Both the position numbers and the translations under genes were made by a program. A stretch of 64,000 bases of DNA from Magnetococcales bacterium. GTDB lineage: Bacteria > Pseudomonadota > Magnetococcia > Magnetococcales > UBA8363. The notes beneath the pieces are model-generated. The model had not been told where the DNA came from and made no database searches. It was given only the letters and a program-made list of their open reading frames with translations. The stretch is from NCBI GenBank assembly GCA_015228815.1, contig JADGCV010000012.1:26749-90748 (forward strand). The letters are read 5' to 3'. Positions 1 to 8,030 of this stretch are shown here, piece after piece; within the stretch, counting starts at the first letter, position 1, and each line of letters starts with the position of its first letter.

Positions 1-1931
1 GCCAGGTCGGGATCGACCGCGAGTTTGGCGAGAAATTCCTGGGCGGCGATGGCGGCGGTCGCGGGAAACGGCAGACGGATGGTGTCATCATGGTCGGTGA
101 CCGTGGCAACGTTTGCCGATATGCCGGCCCACAGAGGGTTGATGCCGGCCAGTTCAGTGTCGCGCCGTCCAGCAGGCACCAGAAAGCGTCGGATGGCGCA
201 TACGGGGCACAGCCGTTCATTCCCGCGCCGCTCCGGATCAAGTTTGCCATGACTCCAGAATGTTTTGGCCCGTTGCAGCATTCCCTCCAGATGTTCTCCA
301 CGCGCGGCGCCTCCCAGGGCGGGACGGACGCTGCACTGGGTGCAGGGGACGCCGCCGGGATTGAGGGTCGGTGGTTCGTGGCGGCGCTCCTTGGCCATCC
401 GATGGAGAACCGCCAGTTTATGGTGGGTGGGGGCATAATCAAATCCCCGTTCCAATTGCAGATAAGTCAAATTGCTTCGACCGAATACCCTTCGTGCGCT
501 TTCGTAGTTGTTCCAATCCTTGCGGGGGATCCAGGGTTCGAGTCGCTGCGCCCGTTCCTTCAGGGCCTCTTTGTCATCTTCGGGGACCGGCTTTTGGTTT
601 TTCCAGTCCTGGCATGGCAGGGCCGGACCCAGAAGGCTGTTGGCATTTTCGATTCGGTCCGGTTTGATCCACGGAACGGCGCTCCAGGTGCAGATCAGGG
701 GACAGGCATGATGATCCTTCCACTGTGTTTGCCAATCCACGTCGGGCAGCCCGAGCCTTTTCATCCAGTCGAACACCAGCCCGGCCAGTTCTTCCCAGCG
801 GTTCTTCATGGCCTCTTCGGCCTTGGCGGCGATGGTTTCCAGGGGATGCAGGTGTGTCCCATCCGCGCCCCGGGGCAGCAGGGCGGTGAAGGTGTTGGGC
901 AGCAGAGCGGCGTAGGTAACCGGATCGGCGTCCTGCGGCAGCCATTCCCGGTTTTCCCGTCCCAGATGGACATCCACCAGATGGTTGCCACGCAGGTCGG
1001 GATAAAGAATGGCGTCGGGTCCATAGTGCATGACGATGGGCCGCATGGCGTGCCAGGAAAGATCCGACAGCAGCATGGAGCCCATCCACAGGTCGCGTCC
1101 CGTCCGGGCAGTCTGGATGAAACGGCTCGCCGGCCCCATGGAAAACTTGAAAAGCCATGGTTGTTGCGAGGGCAGCAGTTTTTTATCCTCTCTGTTCACA
1201 AAGGCCAGGGACGAGGCCATGCGTGTGTGATCCCAGATCGAATGATCGGGGCAGCGGGTCTCGGCGGGCATTTCCCGCCATAAAAGTGGGTGATCGCCAT
1301 TGCGCATCATCTGTTCGCGCAGGCACCGCCACAGGCGCATGAACCGGTCACGGTTGTCGCCGGGCAACAATCGCGCCGCTTCTTCCGTCGCGGCTTTTTC
1401 TTCGGCGTCATCTTCCAGTTCTTCCGTCGCTGCGTTTTTCGCCGCCGTTTCTTCCTCGGCGTCATCTTCCGGATCATGGTTCTGGAAAAAATTTTCTCTG
1501 ACCTTCTCCTCGTGTGGCCTGACCTTGCCCTTGAGGTCAGTAACACTCCCAGGACGTACATCCAGATGCCATCCCGGCATCAACGGATGGGTGATGATGG
1601 GCGTGCCGGGCCAGTGCAGATTAAGATGAGGTTTTTCCCAGCGCGGAGGTGAAAGAACCGGTCGGTCGGCGCCCGCCAGGGCGCGATCGGGTTCCTTGGG
1701 CCAGGGGGGCTTTGGTTTTCTGCCTTTCTTTCCTTGTTCTTTTGCTTCCTTCTGCTTTTTTTCCTGTTTTTCGATGTATTCCAGTTCCTTCTCGTGGAAA
1801 ATTTCCAGAAAGCGCAGCCAGTCCATGGCGGCTTTCTCATGTCCCCCTTTACTATGGAAATAAAACGGCTTGCCCGGAGGATCGTGAAGAAGCTGCATCA
1901 CCTTCAAACGCCAGAATTCTTTTTCATCCAC
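1..1931 (-). CDS. cmr2: Cas10/Cmr2, type III-B large subunit (N-terminal ~640 aa; 3-prime end lies beyond the left window edge)
   Basis: Not in the ORF track because it is open at the window edge. My own minus-strand translation gives VDEKEFWRLKVMQLLHDPPGKPFYFH ... HWPGTPIITHPLMPGWHLDV ... ETRCPDHSIWDHTRMASSLAF ... RLCPVCAIRRF, with no stop down to base 1. The LLHDPP and CPDHS-WDH motifs are typical of Cmr2. A GTG at 1931-1929 lies 6 nt after the cmr1 TGA and in the same frame; an alternative ATG is at 1898. The listed + ORF 90..1283 is its antisense shadow. Confidence 0.85.
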   Translation of the reverse strand, partial: MDEKEFWRLKVMQLLHDPPGKPFYFHSKGGHEKAAMDWLRFLEIFHEKELEYIEKQEKKQKEAKEQGKKGRKPKPPWPKEPDRALAGADRPVLSPPRWEKPHLNLHWPGTPIITHPLMPGWHLDVRPGSVTDLKGKVRPHEEKVRENFFQNHDPEDDAEEETAAKNAATEELEDDAEEKAATEEAARLLPGDNRDRFMRLWRCLREQMMRNGDHPLLWREMPAETRCPDHSIWDHTRMASSLAFVNREDKKLLPSQQPWLFKFSMGPASRFIQTARTGRDLWMGSMLLSDLSWHAMRPIVMHYGPDAILYPDLRGNHLVDVHLGRENREWLPQDADPVTYAALLPNTFTALLPRGADGTHLHPLETIAAKAEEAMKNRWEELAGLVFDWMKRLGLPDVDWQTQWKDHHACPLICTWSAVPWIKPDRIENANSLLGPALPCQDWKNQKPVPEDDKEALKERAQRLEPWIPRKDWNNYESARRVFGRSNLTYLQLERGFDYAPTHHKLAVLHRMAKERRHEPPTLNPGGVPCTQCSVRPALGGAARGEHLEGMLQRAKTFWSHGKLDPERRGNERLCPVCAIRRFLVPAGRRDTELAGINPLWAGISANVATVTDHDDTIRLPFPATAAIAAQEFLAKLAVDPDL

Positions 1932-1937
1932 GGCGAT

Positions 1938-3158
1938 TCATCCCGTTGCAAGTGCGTTCATGAAGTCATCCATGGCATTGGTGGCCGGTGGATGGAGGGG
2001 GCGACCCTGAAAGCGGATGGCGGCGGGAGGGGTTTCTCCGGGAACGTCGCCATCGAGGCGGAGAAAAAAGGGGTGAATCTTCTGACCCAGACGGGTAAGC
2101 CGCAGATGCAACAGGCTGCCATGGCGTTCCAGGGTGGTTTTTCCCGGTTCGTCGAAGGGAAGAAACATGACTTCGTTCTGGCGCATCCCGGGGAGGGATG
2201 TAAAGCGGAAGGTGAGCGGCAGGCCGAAGCAGGCCCGGTCGGGGGAGCGGTCCATATTCTGGCCGGTGTTTTTGTTCAGGGCAATCAGTTGTTCCTTGAC
2301 CCGTTCGTAGTCGGGCTTGCGTCGCAGGCGGAAGGTTTGCAGCTTCAGGCCGCAGTCCGCCAGGGCCTGGTCCCACAGGTGTGGTTGATAGGCGCCCAGA
2401 AAAGGGCCGATCCGGAATCGTTGACCAAGATGGGGTTGGTGCGTGTCCGATTTGGCCGGTCCAAGCCATTGGCGGAACCGTTCCAGGGTGGCATCGAATT
2501 CCCGCCGCCATTGCGCCTCGTCCCGGCAGTTGGCCAGCAGGGGCAGTTCCGCCAATTCGGAAAATTCGCCCTCTTCCACCTGCCACTCCCGGAGGACCAG
2601 GCTGCCAAAACCTCGATGGTTGCGGCTTCCGAGACCTCCCAGATGTCCCAGAAGCCACCAGGAGGCGAGGAAGGCCTGACGCCAGCTTGAATCCATCGGT
2701 CGTGGAATGATGCAGCGCAGGTCGAATCGTGTACTGGCGGCCAGGGCGGTGCGGTTTTCGTTGCCCTTCATCACAAACGGATATCCCAGGTACACCAGAC
2801 CGTTTCTGGTCTCCCTTCCCTGTCCCTTGTTGAAACGCTTCCGAATCGTTTCGGTTTCCCATTCCCAGTGTGTGTCCGGGGTTGGTTTTGGCGCCACGCT
2901 CAGGAGGAACGGCGCCTGTCCCGCCCCTTCACCCGCGCCGCCCATGAATCGATGTTCCCGGGTGAATCGGATGGTGTGGTCGCGACCTTGGCGGCGGACC
3001 GTTGGGGTCAGGATTTTGTTAAAGTCGGGATCGACCGCCCGATACCAGAAGCGGAGCGCCCCCTTGATGGACGGGGGACGCAATTCCGCCTTCCCTTCCG
3101 CGCCACCCAGAAACATGGGGGAGAGGATTTCGAACGACAATTTCAATCGGGTGACCAT
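1938..3158 (-). CDS. cmr1: Cmr1 RAMP protein (type III-B)
   Basis: ORF 1938..3425. The start is set at ATG 3158 because the upstream part overlaps the preceding gene. MVTRLKLSFEILSPMFLGGAEGKAELRPPSIKGALRFWYRA is a RAMP/Cmr1-type N-terminus, and LGGLGSRNHRGFGSL is a glycine-rich loop. Confidence 0.8.
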   Translation of the reverse strand: MVTRLKLSFEILSPMFLGGAEGKAELRPPSIKGALRFWYRAVDPDFNKILTPTVRRQGRDHTIRFTREHRFMGGAGEGAGQAPFLLSVAPKPTPDTHWEWETETIRKRFNKGQGRETRNGLVYLGYPFVMKGNENRTALAASTRFDLRCIIPRPMDSSWRQAFLASWWLLGHLGGLGSRNHRGFGSLVLREWQVEEGEFSELAELPLLANCRDEAQWRREFDATLERFRQWLGPAKSDTHQPHLGQRFRIGPFLGAYQPHLWDQALADCGLKLQTFRLRRKPDYERVKEQLIALNKNTGQNMDRSPDRACFGLPLTFRFTSLPGMRQNEVMFLPFDEPGKTTLERHGSLLHLRLTRLGQKIHPFFLRLDGDVPGETPPAAIRFQGRPLHPPATNAMDDFMNALATG

Positions 3159-5191
3159 GGATAACGCTCCAACATGCGAACAAACCGTTGCCTGGATTCT
3201 CCTTGCCCGCTGCCGGTGGGCATCACCGACATCTCTTCCACGCTTGGCCCTTTTGTCGGGGACCAGTCGGTAAAACGCAGCAGACGCATGGTGCCTCCCT
3301 CGGGTGGTACCAGGAGATCGAGCAGATTGTTGGTAAGATCTTCGTGGTGGCTGGAAAGGATGATCTGGCGTTTGTCCTGGGGGTAGGAAGAGACGCCGGC
3401 AGGGACGTAGGCCAGTTGGCGCCACAGCAGCGATTCGCGGGTCAGATTGGCCAGATCATAGGGGGTGGTCAGATCGTCCAGAAGAATCACCCGGTGCGCA
3501 AGATAAGGGGTGACTCCCACATTCTGGGCCACAAGAAAAGCCACCGCTGCCTGGGCCTTCTGGCCGGTCGAAAGATGTTTAATCTCCCGACCATCCTGTG
3601 CCTTCAGTGCGATCGATCGGCGTGTCTTGGTGTCATCCTCGGTGGATGGCTCCATCATGGGTTCCAATGTCATGGGATAAATACCTTCGACCATGCTGAA
3701 GCGGATCAACACATCGTTGAGATGCTCCGTCAAAGACGTCATCATCGGTTTGGATGGGGTCTCCCGTACCTGATCGACACACAGGGCGAGCAGAGCGTCC
3801 AGACTGGCGAGTTCCGTCTCGGCCAACTCCAGTGCTTTCCGCTTTTCTCGGTATGCTTCCTGTTTGGTGACCGCCTGCCACTGGATGCGGAATTCGTGTT
3901 TGAATTGATTGAACTTTTTACGCAACTCATCCAACCGCTCCAGTTCCTCGGAAATTTTTACCTTGGCAAGTTTGTCCTCAATCTTCATCAACTCTTTTTC
4001 ATGTGAGGAAAGATCCGTCTTTGCCGTGCGTCTGGGGGCCAGCCAATTTCTCAGGGATGTGGCGCAGTCATCGGCCTGTCTTTTTTGAACTTTGTCGAGT
4101 TCCTCAAAGACCCGGACAAGGAGACCCGGTGGGAACGAAGATTTCGTCTCATTCTCCTGGGGCCCGAAATTGGCTTTGGCCCACCGTTGCGCGTTTTCGG
4201 CCAGGGCGTCGAAAATTTCCAACGCTCCGGGCAACCCCGAAGATATGGCTTCGAAGTGCGAAACTTCTTCATCAAGCCTTGGGTATTTCTCTTTAATGTC
4301 AGTTATGGCACGTTCCAGATCGTTTTTTTGTTTCAGGAGCCGTCTGACCTCCTCGGACTCGGAATCCGTGCCGGCCTTGCGTTTTGCGTCTTCGATTGCC
4401 GTCTCGATCCATCCGGAGACCCGATCCATGAAACGTTCCGGGTCGTCGCGTTCCTTGTCGCGTTGGCGTTTGGGATAGTCGCGTGTCCACGCTGCCAGGG
4501 TGGAAAAATCGGTACAGTTCACCCATGCGGGCAGTTCGGGAATCCGCTGCCGCAACTCTGTATGGATGGGAGAGAATGAATCAACGATCAGGCGGTTCAA
4601 CGTGTCGAATCGTGATGGAGCATCGGCGTTATTCAGGCACCGTCCGATTGACCTACGGGTGTCGGCAATTTTCTTTAGGTTATCGTTCATGACGCGGACC
4701 AGGTTGCCCCAATGCTCCGGCAGCGGTTCCAGAACATCCCGAAGGGTTTTCCCGGACGCAATCTTGTCAAACTGCCAATCTACCCGATCCTGAAAAAAAC
4801 AGCTCAATCGCGCTTTCAGTTCCTGGTTGCCGGTACCGAGCCTGCCGTCGGGAAGCCCGACGACGAGATGACTCTTTGTTGACGTCCAGGATACGGTGCC
4901 CGGCACATCGTGGTCCAACGCCACCCTGGCCTCGATTCGTGTCTGGCGTTCTTTCTGCGCCTCTTCCCGGAAACCGAAGGAGATGCAGTCCTTATCACTA
5001 CCGAAAGGGTGATACCCCGTCAAAAGAAGTTGCAACGCCGAGAGCAGACTGCTTTTGCCTGAACCGTTGAAGCCGGAAATGAGTACCACGTCGGCATCCA
5101 GATTCAGGGTATGGTTTTCGCCGACGAAGCCGCGAAAATGACTCAGGGTCACTTCTTTGATTCTGCGGATGGGGCTACTTTCCGTGCTCAT
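3143..5191 (-). CDS. SMC/Rad50-like ABC ATPase with central coiled coil (LmuB-like by architecture)
   Basis: ORF 3143..5257. The start is set at ATG 5191 (MSTESSPIRRIKEVTLSHFRGF), which forms an ATGA overlap with the upstream stop. Motifs: Walker A GFNGSGKSS, a long E/K/L/R heptad-rich middle, ABC signature LSTGQKAQAAVAF and Walker B RVILLDDLTTPYD. The stop lies 16 nt inside cmr1. Confidence 0.75.
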   Translation of the reverse strand: MSTESSPIRRIKEVTLSHFRGFVGENHTLNLDADVVLISGFNGSGKSSLLSALQLLLTGYHPFGSDKDCISFGFREEAQKERQTRIEARVALDHDVPGTVSWTSTKSHLVVGLPDGRLGTGNQELKARLSCFFQDRVDWQFDKIASGKTLRDVLEPLPEHWGNLVRVMNDNLKKIADTRRSIGRCLNNADAPSRFDTLNRLIVDSFSPIHTELRQRIPELPAWVNCTDFSTLAAWTRDYPKRQRDKERDDPERFMDRVSGWIETAIEDAKRKAGTDSESEEVRRLLKQKNDLERAITDIKEKYPRLDEEVSHFEAISSGLPGALEIFDALAENAQRWAKANFGPQENETKSSFPPGLLVRVFEELDKVQKRQADDCATSLRNWLAPRRTAKTDLSSHEKELMKIEDKLAKVKISEELERLDELRKKFNQFKHEFRIQWQAVTKQEAYREKRKALELAETELASLDALLALCVDQVRETPSKPMMTSLTEHLNDVLIRFSMVEGIYPMTLEPMMEPSTEDDTKTRRSIALKAQDGREIKHLSTGQKAQAAVAFLVAQNVGVTPYLAHRVILLDDLTTPYDLANLTRESLLWRQLAYVPAGVSSYPQDKRQIILSSHHEDLTNNLLDLLVPPEGGTMRLLRFTDWSPTKGPSVEEMSVMPTGSGQGESRQRFVRMLERYPWSPD

Positions 5192-5934
5192 GATGTTTTG
5201 TCCACTCGGGTTGCCTTGGTTGCGCGGTCCAGTATTTCCTGAATGAACGCTTCGCAATTGTTCGTGTGTTTTGGATTATCGTTTTTGAGATCCTGTTCCA
5301 GGGACCGCAACAACGCCCCGGTGGCCGTGGTTGTCGCGGCAGGTTTTGTTGTCTCGCCTTCTTTCAGGTTTGCCTGCATGCCGGTCCGCACCGTCTCCAG
5401 AAGGCTCCGCTTGTCTTTGACCGACAGGGGCGCATGGGAAATGGGCAGGAATCCGGGATCGAGCAGTTTTTGCAACAGGTGATCGCTTTGCGGTATCCGT
5501 TGATCCGCCGATTCCGCCGATTCCGCCGATTCCGCCGATTCCGCCGATTCCGCCGATTCCGCCGATTCCGCCGATTTCCGGGCGACGAACAGCAGAAATC
5601 TTCCTCGATGCCATTCCTGGTCACCGGGCCAGCGCATCACGGAGGAGGACAGATTCTGCGGCAGTCCATCCAGTTCCACGACCCCCACAACCGGTCGCAT
5701 CATGTCCGCCTCCAAGGTTATCAATCCCAGGTGGACGAGCATGGCGTAGAGTTCCTTCCGCGGCGGATCATCATCCGTGTCCATGACGTCCTCCCGCCAG
5801 GACAGTCGGGCCGCCAGACACACATGACTGAGATACAGGTCGGGGATTTTCCAGAAACGTCCCGGCATGACAAAGGGCGTGTCCCCATCACGCGACAATC
5901 GCATGGACTCAAGGGTTGGTCGGCTTGTCATCAT
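5188..5934 (-). CDS. Hypothetical 248-aa protein in the LmuC position, with an internal (SAE)x7 repeat
   Basis: ORF 5188..6174. The start is set at ATG 5934 (MMTSRPTLESMRL), which overlaps the SIR2 gene stop (ATGATGA at 5929-5935). The stop overlaps the next start (ATGA). I recognise no motif, so the coding call rests on the coupling and a sensible composition. Confidence 0.6.
   Translation of the reverse strand: MMTSRPTLESMRLSRDGDTPFVMPGRFWKIPDLYLSHVCLAARLSWREDVMDTDDDPPRKELYAMLVHLGLITLEADMMRPVVGVVELDGLPQNLSSSVMRWPGDQEWHRGRFLLFVARKSAESAESAESAESAESAESAESADQRIPQSDHLLQKLLDPGFLPISHAPLSVKDKRSLLETVRTGMQANLKEGETTKPAATTTATGALLRSLEQDLKNDNPKHTNNCEAFIQEILDRATKATRVDKTS
5502..5580. repeat. 9-bp tandem repeat ATTCCGCCG x7 perfect (5511-5573) plus degenerate flanking units
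   Basis: Read directly from the sequence. It is in frame and encodes SAESAESAESAESAESAESAE on the minus strand. Confidence 0.95.
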
Positions 5935-7772
5935 GACGCTCCTCTGGTCAAAGGAACAAGTCGTGCCCGTGGACCCGGCGGGGGCGAGGTGGCGACGATG
6001 TTTGGAAAAATTCCCGGCGAAAAACGTTCCGGCTTGTCTGCCCTTTGCAACAACTCTTCCGCCGAAATCGGCACGGCCCGACCGATGCGCAATGGCCCTG
6101 AATCGGAACTGTGTTCCTTCCAACGCACCCATTCCTGTTTTCCTGATTTCATTTCCGGGAGTACCACAAACCACAGGACCCGGCTTGCGGGCGCGACGGT
6201 CTCGGGCAGCTTCGTCGAGGTGATTTTCAAGGATACTTTGTCACTCCAAGCCTTGCGGGCCACCAGAATGATGTTCATGGGGTCGCTGGTCGGAGTGCCT
6301 TTGTCGATCAATGGAATCTCCAGGCCCAGGCCCGGGCGCGTACCGACGACAGCACTGCCACCCGTGACGTTCAGTCTGTCGCCCATCATGAGGATGAGAA
6401 AGAGCAGAAGGCTTGAAAGAAACACCGAATCTTCCAAAAACGGCAAATACCAGTCGGTTCCGTCCTTCAGGGGCAGCCGGTCGGGGTGTCTGACCGCGAA
6501 GGCATAACGCCACAGGAGCAACGGCCCCCTGGGGTCGATCGCCGCAGGTTGGAACAGTCCGGGAGCGTATCCGAAGTATGGCTGCGATCCGGGGTCTGGC
6601 CAACCACAGGCATGACGGGGGCAGACATGGTTCACCAGGTGTTCCGACCACAAAGAGGGACGGTCCGTCAGGTCGGATAACCATTGAAAAAAACGTCCTG
6701 CCTTTCCGGCATGTATGGCAATCAGCCGGCAACAGGCAGCGGTGAACAGTTTTTGGAAGAAAAGATCCGCCGGCATTTGGGACCCGTTGTGTCCCAGTTT
6801 GGAAGCATCCGTTCCCAGGAGAACATTTTTGAGCAGTGGCTCGATTCTTTGTTTGGGATTCGTGTCCTCTGTCGGGGCACTCCAGGCCTCCTGAAACGCA
6901 TGCAGAAGTTGCAGTTGCACAAAACTAAGCGTCTCTTCGTAGGCGACAATGAAGGGGGCGTTGGGTTGATCGGCGGCTTGGCAGGGCGGGATGCCGCGGG
7001 ATCTGCCATGTGTGTGGGTGGCGAATTCTTCGGCGATGGTGATGGTGGTGTGGCGTACCTGGGGTTCGTCACTGCCGAACCCCACGAACAGCAGGGCATA
7101 TCGTCTTGCCCGGTCCCGCAACATGTCCTGGGCCCACTGCCGCTCGCGGAAACGTTGCAACTGCCGTTGTGTCAGAATGATTCGGGAGGCATCCCCGGTG
7201 CTCGAATAATCCCCGGCACAACCATTGATTTTGTAGAGGCGCGGAACTGGATTTCGGTCAAGGGTGTCTGTCCATGCCTCTCCTCCGCCATGCTGATAGC
7301 TTGGCAAATCGCAGATGACTCGCAACGGTGTTTGGTTTTGGGGGAAGGGGCCGAAACTTTGCCGAAATGCCTCTTCGATGCAGCAATCATAGTTGGTTGA
7401 AATGATCTCCGTGATCAATCCTTCGCGGGCCAGACAGGCCAGATAGCGATGCGCCGGCGTGGGACGCAACCCTGCGAAACTGTGGATCCCGGCGTGTTCA
7501 CAGGCGGTTGTTTTGTCCCCGAAGATGGCAACCAGTTCGGCGAGCTGGTCCAGACGGTCGTCCTGGAAATCGTATGGAATCGACCCCTCTTTCACGGTGT
7601 TTGCCAGGAAGCGGCACAGTCCTCGACGCATGAACTCGGTGGTAGGTTTGAAGTCGAGATCTTCGTCACAGGTGGCCGAAAGACTGATACCCGCACCGAC
7701 GAAAGGGATCACCCGTCCTTCAAACATGCGACGCAGCAGGCGGTTGAATCGTTCGTGCGTCTCCGGCGGCAT
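5931..7772 (-). CDS. SIR2-family (SIR2_2-like) domain protein with ~350-aa uncharacterised C-terminal half (LmuA-like position)
   Basis: ORF 5931..7883. The start is set at ATG 7772 (MPPETHERFNRLLRRMFEGRVIPFVGAGIS). SIR2_2 hallmarks are VIPFVGAGIS and AHRYLACLAREGLITEIISTNYDCCIEEAF. The expected K-x-H-G reads YKINGC. Confidence 0.75.
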   Translation of the reverse strand: MPPETHERFNRLLRRMFEGRVIPFVGAGISLSATCDEDLDFKPTTEFMRRGLCRFLANTVKEGSIPYDFQDDRLDQLAELVAIFGDKTTACEHAGIHSFAGLRPTPAHRYLACLAREGLITEIISTNYDCCIEEAFRQSFGPFPQNQTPLRVICDLPSYQHGGGEAWTDTLDRNPVPRLYKINGCAGDYSSTGDASRIILTQRQLQRFRERQWAQDMLRDRARRYALLFVGFGSDEPQVRHTTITIAEEFATHTHGRSRGIPPCQAADQPNAPFIVAYEETLSFVQLQLLHAFQEAWSAPTEDTNPKQRIEPLLKNVLLGTDASKLGHNGSQMPADLFFQKLFTAACCRLIAIHAGKAGRFFQWLSDLTDRPSLWSEHLVNHVCPRHACGWPDPGSQPYFGYAPGLFQPAAIDPRGPLLLWRYAFAVRHPDRLPLKDGTDWYLPFLEDSVFLSSLLLFLILMMGDRLNVTGGSAVVGTRPGLGLEIPLIDKGTPTSDPMNIILVARKAWSDKVSLKITSTKLPETVAPASRVLWFVVLPEMKSGKQEWVRWKEHSSDSGPLRIGRAVPISAEELLQRADKPERFSPGIFPNIVATSPPPGPRARLVPLTRGAS

Positions 7773-7921
7773 GATTCCGGGTCTTTCGTTGATGGATAAC
7801 GGAGTGGACCCGGACAGACACGTAGTCGTTTGCCAGGCCGTTTTGCGAAAGCGTCTTCCGCATCGTCGGGCATACAACCACAAATGAAATTCTTCCGCAA
7901 GGAAATTTTAAGTAGTTTTCT

Positions 7922-7988
7922 GGTAACCGATCAGGATCCCCTTGATTTTTCCCCGCTACCTCTGGGAGAGGGGCAGGGGACCGGCGCT
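7922..7988. repeat. Solo arm of the GGTAACCG...CTCTGGGAGAGGGGCAGGGG palindromic-element family
   Basis: GGTAACCGATCAGGATCCCCTTGATTTTTCCCCGCTACCTCTGGGAGAGGGGCAGGGGACCGGCGC aligns by eye with the reverse complement of the right arm of the element at 19862-20100. Confidence 0.5.
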
Positions 7989-8030
7989 TTGATGACCATC
8001 CCTCCAGCGAACACCGAACATGGATGTCAC

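Noticed and set aside
90-1283. A 397-aa plus-strand ORF, with smaller ORFs nested in 25..1840
   Set aside because: It is the antisense shadow of cmr2. Its composition is G/P/Q/H-rich junk, whereas the minus frame carries clear Cmr2 motifs.
3188-7887. Plus-strand ORFs 3188..4006, 4085..4579, 5266..6507 (413 aa), 6684..7400 and 7459..7887
   Set aside because: All are antisense to the coupled SMC-like, small and SIR2 genes. They have no motifs and a low-complexity composition. The 5266..6507 ORF contains the RFRRFRRF translation of the 9-bp repeat.
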